Positions 8,901-16,254 of a stretch of DNA of 46,203 bases are shown piece after piece (the first letter of the stretch is position 1; every line of letters begins with the position of its first letter). The notes beneath the pieces are model-generated. The model was not told the DNA's origin. It saw only the letters and a program-made list of their open reading frames with translations, and did no database searches. Made by a program: the position numbers and the translations under genes. Source of the stretch: a virus; the IMG/VR virus record IMGVR_UViG_3300005077_000029, positions 1-46,203 of that record; one strand, given 5' to 3'.

Positions 8901-11900
8901 AGAACTGTGTGCCCGCGAGACTCCACCCGCAGGGGGTTGGTAATCCTGGCCCAGCCTGGCAGAATCCGTGTGCGCCCAGCCATCTCCGTCATCGGGCCGG
9001 CCCAGAATAACGCGTGCATATAGTTCTGAAAACCGACCTGAATCTTCTGCCGAGAGCTCGGAGCCTTCATGTCCACTGCCGTATTATACATCAGCGTCAG
9101 GGGTTTCCCGTCAGCCTGGACCACCACAGAGCCCTCGAACCAGTTCTTAAACAGCTCCGATTCCACCCCTTTCAGCCGCCACTCTTTCCGGGCCTTGGCT
9201 TGGCCGATCTTCTCCGCAGGGATACGGTATCCTCGAGTAGTCGTGTCCTTCGCAAGAATCCTTACATCGTTATGGTTGTAGGTGACCACGTTCCAACTGT
9301 TCGTAGCCGGGGCAGGCGGCTTGGCGCCGGGGATATACTTCGGCCCCTTTGACCGCGCTGTATTATTCAGGTACACCACACCCGAGATTCCAACGCTGCT
9401 AAGGATTTTCGAGGCAACCTTGGCGGCCGGAATGGCGGGCTTGTTGCGATCTCTAGTTTTATAGGGGATTCCCTTTTCATAGGCTACCCACGCAACCAGC
9501 TCCCAATAAGCATCCTCCATAGTATTGTTAGGTGGTGCTATTCCCAAAGCTTGTTGAATTTCCTGACTGTACTCTTTTGGCAACTTGGGGTCAGCGGTTG
9601 CTCCATAGGATTTTACAAATGCTGCATCCAACCACGCTCTAAGCCGAGCTGCGGCAACAGAATCCTGAACAGGTGGTAGAAAATGCTGCGCAAACAAAAA
9701 CGGCTCTTTTTTAACCTGATGAGTTTCATTCCCAGCTGTAATAGCATCCCCGTATATAACTTGGACAATCAAATCATTTGGATCGGGCAGTCCATGTACA
9801 TACTGTCCAACATCCGCCTCCGTAAACTTAGAGGGGCTATTCTTCAGCAAATACATAGACAAAAATCCATTCTCATGGCGAATAGCAAGTCCGTGCGCTT
9901 TCAGATAATCCTTTGCAGCGGGAGAGTTGATGCTGGCGAGAAGTTCAGGAACCCCAAGCTGCGCCCGAGGCGTAAAGAACTCCCTGTACCTCTCCGGAAG
10001 CTTCGCCAGCGCCCGCTTCACATAGTCCGACTGATCCTCCCACCCCCAGTCCCACCGAGCGAAAGTATCAAACGGCTTCAGAATCTCAAAGTGCCGAACA
10101 TGGGGCTCTCCGTGGACGTAGCGCAGCTGCGCAGCCTTCACGAAGATCGGAGCGAGGAGCTTTACGTCCAGGTCCAGATCCAAGGTTTGTGCGATAGTCT
10201 CCCTTGCCCGGGCCAGGATCTCGGCTTTTTTGCTCAAATGGTCCTTCAAGGCTTCGCGGTCCAGCCGATCCTGCTCCTTCTTGTCAACCCGACGCACTTC
10301 CGGATTCGGCTTGCTACTGTAAACCACATTCGATATCACAGTATTCACGATATCGTCGAGGTCCAGCTCAGTACTAACAGGGTCCCCGCCGTTTTTCAGC
10401 ATCAGCAGCTCGCGCAGATCCTTGGTATTCGCTTCTTTGAGAATCCGCCTTCCGAGATCAGGTGTACCCCACTCATACCTTCTCCCTTGATAGACCATCT
10501 CATGGGGAGCGGACTGGGCCACATCATACCCAGCATAATGCCGGTAGGTCTTTGCCGCCTCACCAGAGTAGTGCCCCCATCCCTGCCAGATCGTCCCCTC
10601 GCCAGTCCCGATCTTCCGCAGATCCACCTTCCCAAGAGGGTTCTCTGGTGAAATAGTCCAGTTCGCCGTCCCGCCAGACCCGACCACCCAAGCGGGCTGC
10701 CAGCCTTTAAGATCAGCACTTTCCGCCTCGAGGATATCGAACTTAAGCCTTTCGCCGATCAGCGGCTCGATCTTGTTCACAAACTCCTCAAACTGCCCAG
10801 TTTTGAGCAGACCGGCCAGTTCCCTATGCTGCTTGCTGTTGGTCTTGACGACTCCGGTTTCACGAAGATTCTTCAGCGCAGCGGTCAGAACATTCCGGCG
10901 GGCCGGGCTCGTCCAGTCCACCTTCGGCTCATCCACTGGAGCTTCAGTGGCCGCCGTCTTTGCCCCCTTAACCAGGGTGTTTTTGCCCGCTTTATCGTTA
11001 AACTCGGCCGCCCGAAGGGCCAGCTCCTCCATCCAATCCTGTGTACTTTTCCCCGCCTCCACCAGCCCCATTGCGGAGAGCTTCCCGTAGAGCTCTTTCA
11101 GTCGGGCAAGCAACGGGCCAAGGAATTCCTGAATCCTCGCTTCCATCGAGCCAAGGAGGGTATCCGTATCAAAGCTCTTCGCGAACGTTGCATCGAGGAC
11201 CGCGCTCTTACCCAGCCGCTCCTCCGCAAACATCGTCTTCGCAACCTGCTCGGCCAGATACTCATCAAAGCTGAGCTGGTAGTTGATCCCCGCTTTCTGA
11301 GCGAAGCGTTTGGCCGAGAATCCGCCGCCGCCGAAGCCGAACCGCTGACGCATCACCGTCTTGTTTTGCAGCTTTGCCGGGGACAGCCAGCGCATGGCGG
11401 CTTCCCGCCCGCCGATCTTGCCGGTCAGGGTGTCATCCCGCAGAGACCTCCAGTCACTCAGAACCTGCTGCGCGGCAGGAGAGAGTTTCTGCGCGAGTGC
11501 CTCATCATAGGTCCCCTGGGTCAGGGCCAGCCGCATGGCGTTGTATTCCTGCGGGGTCAGCTCGGAGAAGAAAAAATCTTCAATCAGGGTGTGGCCGAAC
11601 TCATGGCCGAGGGAGCTGTACGCATTGACGTTTGCATCGCCTGAGTACTTCCCCGATCCCTTTTTGCTCTTGTGACTTCCAGACTGCTTTTGGTTCGTCA
11701 GATGCCGGGGGATAATGTAGTGCACCCCGTTATGCTTAAAGGAGGCCGCCTGCTCCCGCATCGCATCGCCGGTTACCCCAGTGTCCTCCGGGAGGATAAC
11801 ATACACCCCCTTGGGATTGAACTCGCGGGCCAGCTCATAAATATCCTGCACCACCGCTTTCATATAGTGCGACGGGCGGACGTGGGTATCCTCACCAGCC

Positions 11901-13192
11901 TGGATCACCACCGGCCCGGCAGAGAGATCAAAGTCCAGACTCGAAATCTCCCCGAGAGGTTTATTAACCAGCCCGGACATTCCAAGGGCCCGAACAACCC
12001 TCCGCTCTGACCGGGGAACGGCAGTGTTCTGGTCCTCGAAGTTGTGGGGGTTTCGAAGCACCTCATTCGACATCCCCGTGTCAGCAGCCTGCCGCACATC
12101 CAGCCCCTGAACCAGGTCCGAAAGCGTCTTCTCTACTGGCGGGGGAGTGGGTACGTCAATCTTCTCCCCCAGCGTCGCCCCGGAGTTCAGGCTTTCCTCA
12201 ATCGCGTCAATCAGTGCCTGGTTGCTGGCGATCTCCGTCTGCGTGTCAGTGAAGTTCACCTTGGCAGCCGGAGGGGGAGGTGTCTCGCGGGCCGGCTCAG
12301 TGGTTTCCTCCATAGGTGGTGTGGTTCCCCGGGGATTCCGTTCGATATTCCCCGGGGCATTCATACTATGAATTACAGGTGCCATAACCCCCGTTTGCAT
12401 ACCAGCCTGCAGTCCGGTAACGGCAATATCATGCCCCAATTCCGAGATAAACTGATTAAAGGGTTTATCTGGGGTTACGATTGCCTGCTCTGCAAACTTA
12501 TCGACAATGGTGTTCACTTCCTCACTGGCTATCTCACGACCAAGGGTTTTAGCGACCAGAGCCTTCGTCGATTCCTTTCCGAGTTCGGCAAACAGTTTCC
12601 CCATAGGCATCCACTCTGTAACCGCCTCCATAGGGCCGGAAATATTAGCGTATGCTGAGGCCTCCCCGGGATCAGCTCCCTGATCGGAGGCGGCGCCGTA
12701 CGCACCCTCACGAAACTGAAAAAGCCCCTGCTGAGCCAGTGGTAATGGGTTTCTTGTCACCAGTGACGGTGCCATATTTACCATTGAAGGTGCAACCCCC
12801 ATAGCCGCTTCCATTGGGATAGATGGATTAGGAACCTGCTCTTTGATAGACTGTGTCAGGTGCCCAGTTGCCGCCGCCCAATCATGGGTAATTTGCTGCT
12901 GGTCTAAAATCTTTTTCTGTTGGGCGTCGTACTCAGGAGTACCTGGTGTGTACTGAGTTAAGTCGGCCTGCATCGCATCCAGAAGCTCTTTGTGGGCTCC
13001 ATACTTTGCCCCAGCCAAAGAAGCATCAACACTTTCCCCCATAGTAGAGAAGAGACCCTTAACCCCCTTAACTGAAAGCAGGTCTGTTTGAGGGGGCTCT
13101 AGCTTGTCGATGTCCTCAACAATCCATTCGTCAGGTACATCGTCGGCGTATGTATAAACTTTTCCACTGTTACCCCGAACTTGCTTAACCAT
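5855..13192 (-). CDS. Giant (2445 aa) multidomain virion/ejection protein of the polyvalent-protein type
   Basis: Uninterrupted 7.3-kb ORF with AAAGGAA upstream of ATG 13192; it is the last gene of the structural arm. HExxH motif SLGHEFGHTLIED (His530-His534, nt 11588-11605). Block GISGVVYLNN..SWNVVTYNHNDVRIL (nt ~9240-9391). Block SELFKNWFEGSVVVQADGKPLTLMYNT..GHDGVIVDM (from nt 9160 down to ~8750). Hydrophobic helices in the C-terminal third (e.g. LLSFITIFMTFVQNASW at ~6845-6915, YTAQLVLLYLLAVGL). Confidence 0.85.
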   Translation of the reverse strand: MVKQVRGNSGKVYTYADDVPDEWIVEDIDKLEPPQTDLLSVKGVKGLFSTMGESVDASLAGAKYGAHKELLDAMQADLTQYTPGTPEYDAQQKKILDQQQITHDWAAATGHLTQSIKEQVPNPSIPMEAAMGVAPSMVNMAPSLVTRNPLPLAQQGLFQFREGAYGAASDQGADPGEASAYANISGPMEAVTEWMPMGKLFAELGKESTKALVAKTLGREIASEEVNTIVDKFAEQAIVTPDKPFNQFISELGHDIAVTGLQAGMQTGVMAPVIHSMNAPGNIERNPRGTTPPMEETTEPARETPPPPAAKVNFTDTQTEIASNQALIDAIEESLNSGATLGEKIDVPTPPPVEKTLSDLVQGLDVRQAADTGMSNEVLRNPHNFEDQNTAVPRSERRVVRALGMSGLVNKPLGEISSLDFDLSAGPVVIQAGEDTHVRPSHYMKAVVQDIYELAREFNPKGVYVILPEDTGVTGDAMREQAASFKHNGVHYIIPRHLTNQKQSGSHKSKKGSGKYSGDANVNAYSSLGHEFGHTLIEDFFFSELTPQEYNAMRLALTQGTYDEALAQKLSPAAQQVLSDWRSLRDDTLTGKIGGREAAMRWLSPAKLQNKTVMRQRFGFGGGGFSAKRFAQKAGINYQLSFDEYLAEQVAKTMFAEERLGKSAVLDATFAKSFDTDTLLGSMEARIQEFLGPLLARLKELYGKLSAMGLVEAGKSTQDWMEELALRAAEFNDKAGKNTLVKGAKTAATEAPVDEPKVDWTSPARRNVLTAALKNLRETGVVKTNSKQHRELAGLLKTGQFEEFVNKIEPLIGERLKFDILEAESADLKGWQPAWVVGSGGTANWTISPENPLGKVDLRKIGTGEGTIWQGWGHYSGEAAKTYRHYAGYDVAQSAPHEMVYQGRRYEWGTPDLGRRILKEANTKDLRELLMLKNGGDPVSTELDLDDIVNTVISNVVYSSKPNPEVRRVDKKEQDRLDREALKDHLSKKAEILARARETIAQTLDLDLDVKLLAPIFVKAAQLRYVHGEPHVRHFEILKPFDTFARWDWGWEDQSDYVKRALAKLPERYREFFTPRAQLGVPELLASINSPAAKDYLKAHGLAIRHENGFLSMYLLKNSPSKFTEADVGQYVHGLPDPNDLIVQVIYGDAITAGNETHQVKKEPFLFAQHFLPPVQDSVAAARLRAWLDAAFVKSYGATADPKLPKEYSQEIQQALGIAPPNNTMEDAYWELVAWVAYEKGIPYKTRDRNKPAIPAAKVASKILSSVGISGVVYLNNTARSKGPKYIPGAKPPAPATNSWNVVTYNHNDVRILAKDTTTRGYRIPAEKIGQAKARKEWRLKGVESELFKNWFEGSVVVQADGKPLTLMYNTAVDMKAPSSRQKIQVGFQNYMHALFWAGPMTEMAGRTRILPGWARITNPLRVESRGHTVLPGELDGYVSRAIAEGHDGVIVDMPELQDQMYVSFGVGSATYDPDYKHEGTVSSQMRYDRTDPEGHETATKWEVLKQKLQLPVLADAVNKVYHAQWYALQLQQIAHMNPQWTWLHNFAAEMQAFYRKVGLMHSPADAVVRQLQWFGKENLARMQKFTLAEYRGREHWTEIVKVDQNHWEHRPTARLIEEIRKIGIDPDSVSGKRFLRIYIEAKNALQRQQDEMRLVLIGLRTKKYAAEGLTDKRNQSIMEVVQTFNVLRGYPFWPQTAFGKNVVQVWSSDEAGKELLFEGATDSDREARELELKARAKYPGGSVKSFVRTAEEGLLLRLPVEFLDDVEVILGLDSANPEDQAKLAQIKEAMQSLYEKTPLKAYNPMRFQVEGGSTDFIKTYADFALRNANFIAKMEYRKLLQMAIAQAEHDPDNQSFLKNKSEIERALGFMKATVNYAMNPQEELTTIRGVVAIGYLWGSVKTALLNFWGLAHTLLWMNRELGYLKGGFNFAKAFGGAVRTQAHEWGDTVGRIMTGSAEAALTSLTDPNWEMVDGQPTELRLALEQAKSENVLDQSYAYYLATQATRGQLIRMASGSMPGKVFKGIVDSGMSLFRGTELLIRRATFVGAYKVMQQTKPEATPKERYEEAVRMVGLLQGDYTKGNRPQIMRGKLLSFITIFMTFVQNASWNVYGGLEIGLRRQEAMEGRASPAMYRSYTAQLVLLYLLAVGLEGLPGMENVMDLLDAGFKKFNNGKSARTALREVLMEVGVDDPMKVVRGATFNLGGFDLSRSIGQGRLVPGTDVLAEEHGTAKEAIGAGVTALSGVGGGYIQWLVDTIGALSKAGTAGLDMGDVAGKQMARLPGGLGNIFKAAQWAERDARGPQGGLIAYDAKTGRMREIQTWEIVGKAMGFQPASVSAGQNIKAEQYEAREYWTTRQKVLKDAYYQAKVIARDREAVADVNKAIAEFNRKVPSKNLQITVKKLQQSEAARKRSVKASEELTTVQKSHQELYEQAVESFGAIDTE
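12327..12357. repeat. 31-bp CCCCGGGG dyad element, intragenic copy
   Basis: CCCCGGGGattc-cgttcga-TATTCCCCGGGG; same 12+7+12 geometry as the intergenic copies. It lies in the Pro/Thr-rich linker (..NAPGNIERNPRGTTPP..) of the giant gene. Confidence 0.7.
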
Positions 13193-13209
13193 AGCAGCGT
13201 TCCTTTTAG

Positions 13210-14217
13210 TTACTTCCCGAGATTCTTACGGACGTCCTCAATTAACCGAACGCCGGAGGCAGTAGCTCCCCCAACCGCAGGAAGCCCTGGTAGCTGTTCC
13301 CCGTTATCCCGGAGCACATTCCAGGACTGACCATACAGCTGTTGGGTCTTCGCGTCCTGCTTCGCCAGCCAAGCCCGCATTACATCTTGCTGATTGCGAC
13401 CAGCTGCAATGGCCCTCGCCTCATCCGAGTTGGGGTCCCTTCGCGCCTGGTCAAACTGGTTCAGGATCATCTGAACCTGGCCCTTTGCGGTGCTGACCAG
13501 TCTCTGTTTTGTTGCAGCAGTGCTGCTGCTTCCGGAGTCAGCCTTTGGTAGCCGATTGTTCATCCGCTCACGGGAGGCGGATTCTTTTATCTGCTGCTCT
13601 TTAAGCCCAACGTCAGCTTCTCTCCCTCGTTTTCCGTACTCCCGATCCAGCTCCTGGTCAAGCCTTGCCCGGGCAAGATCGATGGCAGTCTTATCCCCCA
13701 GATTCTGCGCATTCTTAAGCTGCTGTTCCAGGGTTTTGATCCGGGTACTCTTCGTGGTTTCCTGGAAATCTGTTTCAGTATTCGCCCGGCGAGTGCTTGC
13801 CCGGGAGGATTCAGTAGCCGCTTTGCTCTGTGCGATATTCGCCTCCATCTCCTGAAGCTTCCGTTCCCGCTCCCGTTCCAGCTGCGGATGCAATCGTGCG
13901 TTCTCATCCAGCATGGTTTTGTGCAGCCGGGCTACGGTACCAGCATACCCCAGTCGAGCACCCATACTTTCCCCCGGCTGAAGAGGGGCAGCCGCTGTTG
14001 CCAAGAACGTTTGCAGGGGGCCGAAAACATCAGGCTCTGCAATCCGATCGAGAATCCCCCGCCATTGACTCACTTTTGCAGGGTCAGCCGGGGCTTGCTG
14101 CGGTGCTTGCTGTACCTGTGGGGTTTGCGGCAAAGGGGGCGGCATCCCACCGGCCGGAACCCCCTGCTCAACTACAGGGGCCTTTTGAGGCTCCCCAAAC
14201 AACGATGCGAAGTCCAT
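13210..14217 (-). CDS. Gln/Ala/Arg-rich coiled-coil protein, putative internal virion/ejection protein
   Basis: 335-aa ORF with GGAGG upstream; low-complexity N-terminus and long charged helical region; sits directly upstream of the giant gene. Confidence 0.6.
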   Translation of the reverse strand: MDFASLFGEPQKAPVVEQGVPAGGMPPPLPQTPQVQQAPQQAPADPAKVSQWRGILDRIAEPDVFGPLQTFLATAAAPLQPGESMGARLGYAGTVARLHKTMLDENARLHPQLERERERKLQEMEANIAQSKAATESSRASTRRANTETDFQETTKSTRIKTLEQQLKNAQNLGDKTAIDLARARLDQELDREYGKRGREADVGLKEQQIKESASRERMNNRLPKADSGSSSTAATKQRLVSTAKGQVQMILNQFDQARRDPNSDEARAIAAGRNQQDVMRAWLAKQDAKTQQLYGQSWNVLRDNGEQLPGLPAVGGATASGVRLIEDVRKNLGK

Positions 14218-14219
14218 GA

Positions 14220-14855
14220 TTACCTCCGTCCGAGAATATCAGCCAAAGTGCGTCGCGAAGCTTGGGCAACTTGCGCAGGCGCCATCTGCACCGTCCTCGT
14301 TGGCATAGCCCCGCCGGGATTCGCGGGGGCGACAGCCTGGCCCTTCGGAATCAGGCTGGCAATCTTCGCCATTTGCTCTGCCGTAAGCCCAGGCTTCTTA
14401 GCCGCTTCGGCCTTTGCCGTTGCCGGAGCTGCCTGCGGCGTCGGGGCTGTAGCTGCCTCCGCCGCAGTCACCGGGGGCTGGCCCGGCGGGTTCGGGGCTG
14501 TGGTTACGATTTCAGGCATCGTTCCCATTGGCGCCTCTTTCGAGCCGATATAGGGACCTTGCTGTGGTAAGTTCCCATACAAAATTTCGTCGAGGGAGGG
14601 TCCCATAGAGTCCGTTGGAATGGAAGAGGTCAGCCCAGGCCGCTCCGCCCCGCCAACAGCGGCAGCTGAGGGATTCATTGTTGCCTGCCCACCAGCGGGG
14701 TTTAACTGAACCCCCAGGCTTTGAGAAAGCAACTGGGAAATCTGATTCGGGTCAACCCCGGCTGCGGCTGCCTTTTGAGCAAAAGCATCTGGGTTCTGAG
14801 TTCCCTGCATAAGTTTCTGCAGGCCTACCAGCCAATCACCACCAAGCGCGTCCAT
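14220..14855 (-). CDS. Ala/Pro/Gln-rich protein, putative internal virion/ejection protein
   Basis: 211-aa ORF with AGGAG upstream; stop is 2 nt before the next start. Confidence 0.6.
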   Translation of the reverse strand: MDALGGDWLVGLQKLMQGTQNPDAFAQKAAAAGVDPNQISQLLSQSLGVQLNPAGGQATMNPSAAAVGGAERPGLTSSIPTDSMGPSLDEILYGNLPQQGPYIGSKEAPMGTMPEIVTTAPNPPGQPPVTAAEAATAPTPQAAPATAKAEAAKKPGLTAEQMAKIASLIPKGQAVAPANPGGAMPTRTVQMAPAQVAQASRRTLADILGRR

Positions 14856-14867
14856 TTCAATCTCCTA

Positions 14868-15809
14868 TTAAAGACTTGCCAAAGCACCAAGTGCTGTTAA
14901 ACCCCAGCCAACAGGACCGCCAGCCCAGCCACTTCCACCGGCAATCAGCTGTGCAATACTCTGGCCCGAGGCAGCGCCGGACAAAGCACTCATCAGTGTG
15001 CTCGGGCGCGAACCCGCGCTCGCGACACTGGTGCTTCCAGAGCTTCCACCACCAAAGACCATGTTAGCGTAGTTCTGTAGATTCTGCCACGGTGCATTCA
15101 GCTCCCAGAGGCGTTGTTGCTCTGCATAAGCAGCTTGATCGAGGTCACGGCCTTCCTGGCTCGCTCCAACTGCCGCCAACGTTTGCGCCGGAAGCTGTGC
15201 GGACTGAAGGGCCTGCGGGGCAAGGGCAAGGGTTTTCGTCATGGTATCCTGGCCCGTCTCATACGCCTTATTCAGCATTGAGCTTGTGGTGTCCCCAATC
15301 GCCTGTGCGTATCGACCAGCGGCCAGCCCCTCTGCAATACCCTGCCGAGATCCACCCACTCCGCCAGCTTGTACCGCCCCTTGGCGAATCTGACTCATCA
15401 CACCGCCAGGGTCTGTGTACGACTGGGTAATCGGGTTAATTGCAGCTGTGATTGCGGATTGCAGATACGGGTTGTTGTTCACGTCCATCGCATCTGTCAG
15501 GCCATAATTCACCGCTTTACTTAGCGAAGCCGCATCACCTTTCTGGGTGTTCACCAACCCCAGGAGATAGTTCTCCGCGTCCAGAGTAGATTGACTCGGG
15601 GTAAGCGGAGCCGACCCGGGGTAGGTCTGCCAGAGCGGGCCAGAGGCTCGATATAGCCTATCCGCTTCGTCCATTAAAGCGGTTCGCCGCGCAACCTCTT
15701 CCGGAGAATAGTTCTGCACAGTCTGTGTGCTACTCCCCCCACCACCGCCACCACCACTGAGTTGAAGCCGAACGGCCCAGGTTACGGCCGCCAAGAGAAT
15801 CTTAAGCAT
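14868..15809 (-). CDS. Putative internal virion/ejection protein with hydrophobic N-terminus and Gly7 tract
   Basis: 313-aa ORF with AAGGAG upstream; MLKILLAAVTWAVRLQLSGGGGGGG..; Gly/Ala/Gln-rich C-terminus with a hydrophobic tail. Confidence 0.6.
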   Translation of the reverse strand: MLKILLAAVTWAVRLQLSGGGGGGGSSTQTVQNYSPEEVARRTALMDEADRLYRASGPLWQTYPGSAPLTPSQSTLDAENYLLGLVNTQKGDAASLSKAVNYGLTDAMDVNNNPYLQSAITAAINPITQSYTDPGGVMSQIRQGAVQAGGVGGSRQGIAEGLAAGRYAQAIGDTTSSMLNKAYETGQDTMTKTLALAPQALQSAQLPAQTLAAVGASQEGRDLDQAAYAEQQRLWELNAPWQNLQNYANMVFGGGSSGSTSVASAGSRPSTLMSALSGAASGQSIAQLIAGGSGWAGGPVGWGLTALGALASL

Positions 15810-16242
15810 TTTGACGCTCCTTTATATAATCCGCAAACCGTTCTGGAATCATTTCCTTCATAGCTTCCTGTAAAATAGGAACAGCTTCCTCGATTCCGTG
15901 AAGTTTCGTTATGAGAAAGATAAACACATGAGCCACTGCATATCGCAGTGTATGTGCAATTTCCAGGCCGTGGCTGTCCAGTGTTTCTTCGTATGCATTA
16001 GCAGTGAGGTACCCAGCAATCGCAGTTGAGAAAAGTGTCCGCATCTCCTGGCCCAGGGCTTGATAAACCGGGTTCTCCGGGATAACAACCAAAGCGAGGA
16101 TGAAGGCTCTGTTGATCTGTTCCGTGGAAACAGCTTTATCCTTGTCTACCAGGTCATCCCAGATATGAGACAGCTCCACAAAATGATTAAAGAGATCCCG
16201 CGCGGCGGTGTTCCCTTTGAACCAGGTAAGATAATCTGTCAT
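15802..16242 (-). CDS. All-helical 146-aa protein, possible fibre-associated chaperone
   Basis: AGGAG upstream; follows the LamG fibre gene and shares its low GC content; function inferred from position only. Confidence 0.45.
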   Translation of the reverse strand: MTDYLTWFKGNTAARDLFNHFVELSHIWDDLVDKDKAVSTEQINRAFILALVVIPENPVYQALGQEMRTLFSTAIAGYLTANAYEETLDSHGLEIAHTLRYAVAHVFIFLITKLHGIEEAVPILQEAMKEMIPERFADYIKERQNA

Positions 16243-16254
16243 AGCAACTCCTGT

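Noticed and set aside
6827-11644. Long plus-strand ORFs inside the giant gene (e.g. 6827..7717, 9683..10651, 10826..11644)
   Set aside because: They are antisense shadows of a 7.3-kb minus-strand ORF. The translations are Arg/Pro/Ser/His-rich and low in complexity, with no RBS and no motifs. Open antisense frames are expected in GC-rich coding DNA.
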